Below, piece by piece: positions 9,470 to 17,230 of a stretch of 64,000 nucleotides of DNA. The notes under the pieces were generated by a model. It did no database searches, was not told the DNA's origin, and saw only the letters and a program-made list of their open reading frames with translations. The first letter of the stretch is position 1, and every line of letters begins with the position of its first letter. Made by a program: the position numbers and the translations under genes. The stretch comes from an uncultured Chloroflexia bacterium (GTDB taxonomy: Bacteria > Chloroflexota > Anaerolineae > Anaerolineales > UBA4823), in NCBI GenBank assembly GCA_963797475.1, contig CAWCPR010000001.1, positions 53,284 through 117,283 of the forward strand. The letters are read 5' to 3'.

Positions 9470-9725
9470 TTGTGGGCGACGGGCGCAAGAGCGACGGGCA
9501 CAAGGCCCTATGCTACCGGGACGATGGGACGCCGACGGGCACATGTAGCATAGCCCCTTGTGGGCGACGGACACATGTAGCATAGCCCCTGTGGGCGTTA
9601 GAGCCCCTTGTGGGCGACGGACACATGTAGCAAAGCCCCTTGTGGGCGACGGACACATGTAGCATAGCCCCTTGTGGGCGACGGACACAAGCGACGGGCA
9701 CAAGGCCCTATGCTACGATACTGGT
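9470..9725. repeat. REP-like palindromic repeat array (about four tandem 32-bp units TTGTGGGCGACGGACACATGTAGCATAGCCCC flanked by inverted GCGACGGGCACAAGGCCCTATGCTAC copies)
   Basis: Direct reading: contiguous units with no spacers, and the flanking copies are in inverted orientation. Confidence 0.8.
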
Positions 9726-12700
9726 GCGAAACCGGCGCTGTTGATTTCTTCGCTGGTCCAATAGAAGGCTTCCTCCAGCTCCGGGTTCCAATTCTCGCGC
9801 TGGCGGCGCAGGCGGTTGAGCGAATCCAGGTCGCCGATACGCGCCAGAGCCTCGATGGCTTTGCGCCGCAGGTAGGTGATATCCGTTACAACCGGGTTGG
9901 CGCCTAAAACGACGCCGTGCAAATCCCCGGCGGCAATCTGCTCGAACAGCTCTTTATAGCTGCGCCGGTTGAGCCAGCCCAAGGACTGGATGGCGTGCGC
10001 CTTGACGCCGATATCGCGAAACTCGTACAGGCAGCGATCCAGGAAATGGGCAGTGGTCGCATCTTGCGCCCGCACCTTGCCGATCAGGTAGGCCAGGCGC
10101 TCGTACCAGCGCGCCCGGCGGCGCCAGGCGCGCGCGTCGATGTTTAGCGTTTTGGCGACCGTCTCATCCAATAAGGGCAGGATCGCCCGGGCAACCACCT
10201 GGGCCGGGTCGACCAGGGCCAGGGCGTCCGTCACCGCCCAGCTCGTCTGCGACGGGGTATCCGGGTCCAGGAAGACCGAGACGAGGCAATCCACGGCCTC
10301 GTCGTTGTTGATCTCGCCCAGGGCAAAGGCAGCGATGGCCTGCGAGCCGGCTGCTTCCGAGCGCAGCCGCTTGCCCAGAGAAGCGGCGTCACGCACGCAC
10401 CACAATTTCAGCACTCCAGCCAGCGTGGGACTGGCCTTCTGGATCTCCCGCTCGTAGCGCGGCATCATCCTCTGCAGGGCGTTGGCGGCAGCCATGCGCA
10501 CACTGCTGTATTCAAAAGTCGGCAATCCCTGCCAGTCGGTGCGCACGCGCTCGAACGCCGCCCGGGCCAGGGCCGGGATGGTCTGAGGCCGCTGCAACTG
10601 GCCCAGCACCAGGGCGGCGCGCGCCCGGCGGGCCTCGCGCGGCTCGTTCGCCGTATCCAACTGGCGCACCAGGACGTCGAACACCTGGTTTTCCAGTTGC
10701 GGGTCGATCTGGCGGCCGCGGTTTTCCAGCAGGCAGCGCGCCAGCAGGTACAACTGCTCGCTCTGGGCCAGGTTCACCCCGTAGACCATCATGCGCAGCA
10801 GGCCGTTCGGGTTGCGCAGCATGCGGCTGGTCAAAACCAGCACGTCGCCCCACCAGCGCAGCCGGGACAGGCGGCCCAGCGAGGCGGTGATGTCGTCCAG
10901 GACCCGGCTGCGATCCGAACGCTGGACGATCTCGCGGGCGCAGCAGTAGGCTTGCAAAGCCGGGTAATTGAAGCGCAGCGAATCGGCCCCCACGCGGGCC
11001 AACAGGTTGCACTGCACGAGCTGGTCAAAAAGGTCCTCCAGGCTGTATTCGCGGTTGCCGCGCACGGAGGCCATGATCTCAAAGGCGTTTCGCACCGGCA
11101 GGACCAGGGTGCGATTCGAGTGCATCTCCCAGGCCAGGGCATACACACTGCGCCCGCTGCGCGAGCGCATGCCGTGCAGCGGCGAAACCTCCGCCAGGGC
11201 GTCATCCACCCAGTGCTCGAGCACGTCCCGGCGGGACTGCGGGTAGCTGCCCTCCTGCGCCTGGCGCAGCATGCCCAACAGCGACCAGGTGGTGGAAGCC
11301 AGGTCGAACAACTGCCGGGCAGCCAGGACGCGGTACAGCCTAGGCCCGGCCGGGTCGCTCAACCCCTGCAGGAACATCTCGACCTTGCGCTGGGACAGCG
11401 GCTGGATGACCAGCAAATCCGTGGCGGCCCGAAAATTACGCCGCGAGTATTCTTCCAGGTCCACCGCCAGGATGAACTCGTGGCGGGAGCCGCGGGCGAG
11501 GGCCTGGATCTCCTCCCAGGCGTCCTGGCGCTGGTCGTCGGGCAGCTCATCGCCGCCATCCAGGATCAGGCGCAGGATCGGCCCCTGATCCCCTTCCAAC
11601 AGCTCGTCAAAATCCGCCGGGGTTAAAGCCGGCCAGAATTCTTGCAGGTTTTGCAAGGTCAGCCCTTCCAGGCGGCTGCGGGTGCCCGGCTGGACCGACT
11701 GCAAGCCGCGCAAATCCACGTAAACCGGGATGATCAACTGGCGGACGCCCGGCTGGAGCGAGTTTTCGGCGGAGATGAGCACCAGCCGGCGCATCTGGGT
11801 GGATTTGGACGAACCGGGGATGCCGGCGACGACGATGAAGGCCCCTTGCGGCTTGCCGCGCGAGCCGGGCTCTTGGCGGCGCGCGGCGAAAATTTGCAGG
11901 GCGATATCGAGCAGGTCCATCGCCGGCAGCGGGTCCTGCCCGACAAGCCGCAGCCTGTCCAGGCTCAGGTCGCCGGCCAGGTGGGCCACTTCGATCGGGA
12001 TCGGCAGGTAGCCGCGCTTCTCCATATCGCTGCGCTGGCGGTTGCGGATGGCCTGCAAAGCCAGCCGGGCCGGGTCGGCGGCGAAAAGCTGCCCGGTTTT
12101 CAGGCGCATGAACAGCACCGGGATGGACCAATCCGCGCCCCGGTCGTTGAAAAGCAGCAGGCGCGCCTGGTTCAAAGCCCGGTCCACCTGGCCGTGCTCG
12201 AGCAGGTGGCCGTAAAAATCGGCGTTAAGCTGGCGGGCCACGTCCACCGGCACGAGGTCCTGCATGGCTACCACCGCAGCGACCCCGCATCTCACCAGGC
12301 TGGGGCCCAGGCCGAGAAAACCATGCGCCTCGCCTGGGTCGCGGCGGGCGGATTCACAGGCGGTCAGGAAGACCAGCCTGGGCAGCGGATCGGCCTGGGC
12401 CAGCTTTTCAACGATCTCGCTGTCGCGGGCGGCGTGGAATTCGCCATTCTCACTCTCCAGGTACAGGGCGGCTGTGCCGGGGGCATTCGAGTCGGGGCGG
12501 CGGTAAGCGCCGTGGCCGATGTAATGCAGGACATGGCAGCCCTGCATGCCGCGCAGCAGGTTATCCAGGCTGGTCGGTCCGGGCAGGATGTGGTAGCCGT
12601 CCTGCTCCAACTGGCCGCGCAGGGCCGGGTCGAGACCGCTGCGGCCGGGCATCACCGAGACTTCCACCAGGTCCTGGCTGGCCAGGTCGCCAAGCGCCTG

Positions 12701-13237
12701 GTGCAGCGCCTGCACCTGGTCGTTCACATCCACCGGGCTGAGGCCGGCCGGCAGGTCGCTGGGGTTGGAAAGGGCCGCCAGGATGCGCACCGGTCGCTCG
12801 GTCAGCGGCGGCGTTTCGGCGATCTCCAGGCCGGTGTAGCGCGAGAAAGGGGTCAGGCCGGAAGTCGCCAGGGACAATTCCTGGCCTTTAAACGAGTGGT
12901 ACAGGCGCTCCCAATTGAACGCCTGCAGCTCGCTGGCGCTGTCGTCGATCCAAAGCTGGACGCGCAGCACGCCCTCCGCCTGGGCAGCGGCCTGGGCGGC
13001 CGCCCGCCCGGCGACCCGCTCGTAGGCGCGCAGGATCGGGCCGGCGAACAAAGCCTTATCCAGGGTTAAGCCGTAGGCCTGGGCGTCCAGTTGAGCGGCC
13101 AGCAGCGCTTTCGGATCGATCTGGAGCTGGCCGCCGGAAAAATAGCTGCCATCATCCAGCTCGGCGTCCACGGCGTACGCCTTGCTGTCCTGGGAAGAGC
13201 GGGTGATATGGATGAGGATCTTGGCCGGCTCGCTCAT
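9713..13237 (-). CDS. CHAT (caspase-like) peptidase - NACHT/STAND P-loop NTPase - HEAT-repeat protein
   Basis: N-terminal CHAT dyad HYIGHGAY...FLTACESAR. Walker A VVAGIPGSSKST and Walker B-like ILRLILDGGDE. C-terminal PBS-lyase/HEAT-like repeats. Its ATG lies 1 nt after the stop of the upstream 111-aa gene. Confidence 0.85.
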   Translation of the reverse strand: MSEPAKILIHITRSSQDSKAYAVDAELDDGSYFSGGQLQIDPKALLAAQLDAQAYGLTLDKALFAGPILRAYERVAGRAAAQAAAQAEGVLRVQLWIDDSASELQAFNWERLYHSFKGQELSLATSGLTPFSRYTGLEIAETPPLTERPVRILAALSNPSDLPAGLSPVDVNDQVQALHQALGDLASQDLVEVSVMPGRSGLDPALRGQLEQDGYHILPGPTSLDNLLRGMQGCHVLHYIGHGAYRRPDSNAPGTAALYLESENGEFHAARDSEIVEKLAQADPLPRLVFLTACESARRDPGEAHGFLGLGPSLVRCGVAAVVAMQDLVPVDVARQLNADFYGHLLEHGQVDRALNQARLLLFNDRGADWSIPVLFMRLKTGQLFAADPARLALQAIRNRQRSDMEKRGYLPIPIEVAHLAGDLSLDRLRLVGQDPLPAMDLLDIALQIFAARRQEPGSRGKPQGAFIVVAGIPGSSKSTQMRRLVLISAENSLQPGVRQLIIPVYVDLRGLQSVQPGTRSRLEGLTLQNLQEFWPALTPADFDELLEGDQGPILRLILDGGDELPDDQRQDAWEEIQALARGSRHEFILAVDLEEYSRRNFRAATDLLVIQPLSQRKVEMFLQGLSDPAGPRLYRVLAARQLFDLASTTWSLLGMLRQAQEGSYPQSRRDVLEHWVDDALAEVSPLHGMRSRSGRSVYALAWEMHSNRTLVLPVRNAFEIMASVRGNREYSLEDLFDQLVQCNLLARVGADSLRFNYPALQAYCCAREIVQRSDRSRVLDDITASLGRLSRLRWWGDVLVLTSRMLRNPNGLLRMMVYGVNLAQSEQLYLLARCLLENRGRQIDPQLENQVFDVLVRQLDTANEPREARRARAALVLGQLQRPQTIPALARAAFERVRTDWQGLPTFEYSSVRMAAANALQRMMPRYEREIQKASPTLAGVLKLWCVRDAASLGKRLRSEAAGSQAIAAFALGEINNDEAVDCLVSVFLDPDTPSQTSWAVTDALALVDPAQVVARAILPLLDETVAKTLNIDARAWRRRARWYERLAYLIGKVRAQDATTAHFLDRCLYEFRDIGVKAHAIQSLGWLNRRSYKELFEQIAAGDLHGVVLGANPVVTDITYLRRKAIEALARIGDLDSLNRLRRQRENWNPELEEAFYWTSEEINSAGFAPVS

Positions 13238-13238
13238 C

Positions 13239-13574
13239 TCACTTGATGAAAGATTTGAGCATCCCTGTCAGGGCGTCCAAAATGCGGGCGCGGTATTCGA
13301 TGGCGGTCGAAACGTTGCGCTGGTGCAGTTCGAGCAAATCGGTGTCGACTGCCAGGGCGCCGGTCTCGCTAACACGCACTGGCAGGATGGCCTGGCTGTC
13401 GCCATCCAGCTTGACCACCGTGCGGGCCAGGGGCTTGGCCTGGGCGAAGTCCACATCCCCGTCCGCCCCGATCTTCACGTAGCTCGTTTCCACAGACATG
13501 GTGGCGATGTTATCCACGTAAGCGGCCGCTTTCTCGGCCGCGCTGCGGATGGAAGTTTCCAAATCAGTTGCCAT
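13239..13574 (-). CDS. Small protein (111 aa) sharing a domain with the C-terminus of the upstream caspase-like peptidase
   Basis: It aligns by eye to the last roughly 90 aa of the 689-aa protein (KPLARTVVKLDGDSQAILP versus AKLRAFTMIKIDGDTQVVVP). It is tightly coupled to the CHAT gene. Confidence 0.6.
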   Translation of the reverse strand: MATDLETSIRSAAEKAAAYVDNIATMSVETSYVKIGADGDVDFAQAKPLARTVVKLDGDSQAILPVRVSETGALAVDTDLLELHQRNVSTAIEYRARILDALTGMLKSFIK

Positions 13575-13652
13575 TTCCTATCTCCCTTGGTTGGTATCGA
13601 TCTAAAATCGGTTTGCATGGCCCGCCGGCCAGGGGCTGGCGGGCCGGGTCCT

Positions 13653-14417
13653 TTACGATCCTTCCGGATGGGCTAATTCTGCGCGCACCTGGTTGATAAA
13701 GCTCAAAGCCGCCGGCAGGGCCAGGAGCGGCCCGGCGGGAGTCGCCAGCAGGGTCGAAAGCTTCAGCGCGCCGGCGGCGACCACGGCAAACGTGCGCAGC
13801 AGGGCGGCGCGGGAATCCAGGGCCAGCTTCAGCGTGCGCTCGTGCAGGGCGGACTGCCCGTCGGCCGGTTGGATGTACCAGGCCGTGTCCATGTCGCCTG
13901 TCCAGCTCACCGACGTACGCGCCCAAAGCCGGCCTTGCACGCGGGTCTCCACCCAGGCGTAGTGGGTCACGATTTGCTCCAGGCGCTGCATGAACTCTTT
14001 GAACTGGGCGACAGCCTGTCCCCATTTGTCCGAAACCTGGTCCAGGGGGCCAAAGCTGAACGAGTCCCAGGACTGCCCCGGCGCAAAGCTCAACATCTGC
14101 CCGCTCTCCTGGGCGTAGGCCAGCAGCGCCAGGGTCTCGCTTTCAGGCGGCGGAAGCTCCTCACCTGGCTCGCCAGCCGCGAAAGACAGCCCGCTGGCCT
14201 GGCGCAGCCTCAGGCGTTCCAGGCGTTCTTCGCTAATTTCCAGGGCCTGCTCGCCGGCCTGCAGGCTGGCCTGCGCCTGTTGGAAGGCCGCAAGCGCCTG
14301 TCCCGGTTCGGCCGGCAGCTCGCTGCGCCAGACGGTGACATCCGCCGGGATGGCTGCCGGCGGGGATCCGGGCGCGAGGTCGAACGAAATCGCTGCCGGG
14401 TCTGCCTGGGTCGACAA
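13653..14417 (-). CDS. Hypothetical protein (254 aa) with hydrophobic C-terminal segment
   Basis: Only coherent ORF in the interval; the opposite-strand 308-aa ORF is Arg-rich junk. The C-terminal stretch TFAVVAAGALKLSTLLATPAGPLLALPAALSFI is hydrophobic. Confidence 0.5.
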   Translation of the reverse strand: MSTQADPAAISFDLAPGSPPAAIPADVTVWRSELPAEPGQALAAFQQAQASLQAGEQALEISEERLERLRLRQASGLSFAAGEPGEELPPPESETLALLAYAQESGQMLSFAPGQSWDSFSFGPLDQVSDKWGQAVAQFKEFMQRLEQIVTHYAWVETRVQGRLWARTSVSWTGDMDTAWYIQPADGQSALHERTLKLALDSRAALLRTFAVVAAGALKLSTLLATPAGPLLALPAALSFINQVRAELAHPEGS

Positions 14418-14512
14418 CCTGCCAGGGGCCAGCCAAACCCGAGCCGGGCTGGGCCTGGCTTTCGCCGATCAGCACGAAGGCCGCCGAAGAGCGGCTGGAC
14501 CCGGCGTTCACC

Positions 14513-16582
14513 TCAGAGCACCTTGAGCGCCTGCAGCAGCCCGGTGGCTGCCGAAGCGGCCGCTTTCATCATCTCGGTCCGGTTGGCCTGCGCCTGCCGG
14601 ACCATATCCAGGTGGATGGACCACAAAGCCTGGTCGATCTCGCCGGAGTCTTCCGGCACGACCACCTGGGTATCGCCATCGATCTTGATCATGGTGAAGG
14701 CGCGCAGTTTGGCGCCAGGAGGGATGTCGTTGCCAGTGCCGACCGCGGCCATGTCCTCGACAACGTAGGTGGAAACCTGCAAGGTGGCGGCGTCGTCGAC
14801 CGCCTTGGCCAGGGCTTTGCCCAGGTTCTCGGCGAACTGCTGGACGGCGTTGGTCAGGCGGGCGCGCGTGTCCGAAAGGCTGTCCAGCAGGCCAAAATCC
14901 ACACCGGCGGCGTCGACGACCGCCGTTGCCGTCAGGGTCAGACTTGCGGCGGCCCCAACGGAGGCGGCTTGAGCGCCGGCTGCGGGGGCGGGCGCAGCTT
15001 CTGCCGCAGGGCCGCCCTCCTGGCTCAAGGCGCTGGGAGTTTTCGGTTCCGCGGAAGCGCCGGGGGATACGGCGGCGGGCGACTGCACCGCGCTCGTCAC
15101 GAAGACCGGGCGCTCGAGGGGCTTTTCGCCGCCGGCGACCACCGGCAGGCGCACGGCCGGGTCGCCGATAATCGTGTAGCCGCGGGCGTCGTTGTTGGCC
15201 GTCCACTTGCCGGCCAGCTCGTACGGATCGACCTTCTTGCCAAATTCCACGTCTTCCAGATCGTCGCTCAGCACAGTCGAAAGCTCGGCGTAGCGATTGT
15301 TAAAATACTCGATCGCTGCCCCAACCGGTTTGCCGGTGAACAGGCTTAACAAAGCGCTCTCGAATACGGTGGTCTGTTTCCCGGCGTCGGGCCACAAGAA
15401 AGAATAACCCCAGGCGCGCTCCACATGGCCGACCACCGCCAGGGCCCCGCCGCGCGGGTGGCCGAGCAGCTTCCTGGGCAGTCGAGCCAAAAAGGGCGCT
15501 TTGGCGATGGGCTTGGGCTGCTTGAAAGCCTGCCTGGAGAACTCGTCGATGAGCGGCGTGCCGGCCCCGTAGCAGGCGAAGAAAAAGGCGATCAGCCCCA
15601 ACAGGCCGGCATCGGAGGCCAGGTCTTCCCCGGTGAAGTAGAAATCCTGCGGGACGGCGCCTTTGCCCTGCCAGGCCGCCGGACCGGGCCAATCCTGGCA
15701 GAGCAGCGCCCCCTGGCGCACGGTCTGGTCCTGGCTGTCCAATGAGAAGCTCATCCCGTGGCTGGCGCTGAAGAGCAAGGCCGGGGTCTGGTCGCCGCCC
15801 AGCAGGCGGCTGAGCTGGGCCTTGGTGGCCTGGTCGCGCAGGACGGCGTCGAACTCCCAGCCCTTGAGATTTTCTTTTTCTTGATCCTTATCCTTGAATG
15901 TGGTGTACAGGGGCTCGACCAGGTTGTCGGCGCTCAGTTGGGTGGCTTTATCGCCCGGGTTGGAAACGCCGAAAAACGAAGCCCGGCGAGGCAGCTTCAG
16001 CTTACCGGATTCGGCCGTCGCCACGCTGTGGGCGTAGCTGGCGTATTCCCCTGGCGTGTCGAAATGGATGCGGCCGACCGCGTATTGCACGTCGAGCTGG
16101 CTTTGAAAGCGGTAGGGGATCTCGGCCGGGCTGCCGGCGACCAGCAGGTAATAGGGTATATTTTCAGGATCCGCCGGCCCGGGCCCTGCGCCGTGACGGG
16201 CCAGGAAATCTGTCTTGGATTCGTCCGGCCGGTAGCCGTCCGGGCCCTCATAGATGCGGAAATGGTCGCCGGCCTGCTCGCGGCGCAGGTCGATCAGCTC
16301 CTTCAACGCATCCTTAATTGCCGGGTCCGCATTGGCCGGGAAGATCACGCCCCAGCCGGACTCGGCCAGGTTGTACGGGTCCACCCCTTCCTTGACCCCA
16401 AAGTCTGTTTCGGTGGAGCGCTTGTGGCGGAATTTGAGCTCGCTGAGATTCTCGGGCGTGCCTTCGCCCTCGATGAACTTAGCAAGCTGCTCGCCCGTCA
16501 AAGGCGGCAGGGAATATTCGCCAGTTTCGCCATCGATGCCGTTGAAGAAGAGAAGTTCTTGTTCGGCGGGTGCATCGGTCAT
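14513..16582 (-). CDS. Caspase-like (clan CD) cysteine peptidase with low-complexity linker and C-terminal small domain
   Basis: His then Cys catalytic order: ALLFSASHGMSF ... IAFFFACYGAGT. An Ala/Pro-rich linker follows. The C-terminal approximately 90 aa are homologous to the 111-aa neighbour. Confidence 0.7.
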   Translation of the reverse strand: MTDAPAEQELLFFNGIDGETGEYSLPPLTGEQLAKFIEGEGTPENLSELKFRHKRSTETDFGVKEGVDPYNLAESGWGVIFPANADPAIKDALKELIDLRREQAGDHFRIYEGPDGYRPDESKTDFLARHGAGPGPADPENIPYYLLVAGSPAEIPYRFQSQLDVQYAVGRIHFDTPGEYASYAHSVATAESGKLKLPRRASFFGVSNPGDKATQLSADNLVEPLYTTFKDKDQEKENLKGWEFDAVLRDQATKAQLSRLLGGDQTPALLFSASHGMSFSLDSQDQTVRQGALLCQDWPGPAAWQGKGAVPQDFYFTGEDLASDAGLLGLIAFFFACYGAGTPLIDEFSRQAFKQPKPIAKAPFLARLPRKLLGHPRGGALAVVGHVERAWGYSFLWPDAGKQTTVFESALLSLFTGKPVGAAIEYFNNRYAELSTVLSDDLEDVEFGKKVDPYELAGKWTANNDARGYTIIGDPAVRLPVVAGGEKPLERPVFVTSAVQSPAAVSPGASAEPKTPSALSQEGGPAAEAAPAPAAGAQAASVGAAASLTLTATAVVDAAGVDFGLLDSLSDTRARLTNAVQQFAENLGKALAKAVDDAATLQVSTYVVEDMAAVGTGNDIPPGAKLRAFTMIKIDGDTQVVVPEDSGEIDQALWSIHLDMVRQAQANRTEMMKAAASAATGLLQALKVL

Positions 16583-16734
16583 ATGTGCGCCTCCTGGATA
16601 TGAAAGATAGAGAATTGAAACGATCAGGGAGCCATCGCCCGGTCAGGCGGGTCCGGGAAGTGGTTTTAAGCTCGCCCCACCAGCCAACATCCACCACTTT
16701 CCCGCGCCTTAAAATATATCACAAATTTGCTCTG

Positions 16735-17010
16735 AATATGAGGCGGGCGCCCTCACCCCTGCCCCTGCCCTCACCCCTGCCCCTCTCCCGCGTGCGGGAG
16801 AGGGAAGATCTCGATGTCACAGGTCACCTGACTGACGCGACTCCCTTTCTCGCCCTCACCGTGCGGGAGAGGGGAATCGACAGGACTCCTTCGATGTCAC
16901 AGGTCACCTGATTGAACGCGACTCCCTTTCTCGCCCTCACCGCGTGCGGGAGAGGGGAATCCGCCTGGCAAGGACTCCTTCGATGTCACAGGTCACCTGG
17001 CCGGACGCAA
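16735..17010. repeat. Tandem array of three repeats of about 75-78 bp, each with GC-rich hairpin (CTCTCCCGCGTGCGGGAGAG) and GATGTCACAGGTCACCTG box
   Basis: Direct reading: three near-identical consecutive units in the region between the 16582 gene start and the 17231 gene end. Confidence 0.8.
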
Positions 17011-17230
17011 CTCCCCTTCTCGCCCAAAATTTGGGAGAGAAGGGGCTGGGGGATGTGAGGGCCAGGGCGTAAGTCGCAGCCGCGACGAAGAGCGCCCTCT
17101 GGGCGTCCATGCCTCTCCCCGAGCAGGGACCAAAGCCTGATGTTGAACGCCGCCATTAATCACAAGGCCAGGAGCTGCAAGTGCTTGAGCCTGCAGCTCC
17201 TGATTCTTCCGGCGTTACAGAAAAAACGGC

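Noticed and set aside
9470-9725. CRISPR-like appearance of regularly repeated 32-bp units
   Set aside because: Units are contiguous with no unique spacers, they are imperfect, and inverted copies flank the array. The same core recurs at 41690-42230 and 43620-43850. I interpret this as REP/MITE-like repeats, not CRISPR.
13653-14417. 254-aa protein as a bacterial gasdermin next to caspase-like proteases
   Set aside because: The context fits, but the N-terminal sequence looks disordered or helical rather than gasdermin-like, and no lipidation Cys is present. I leave it as hypothetical and flag it for structure prediction.
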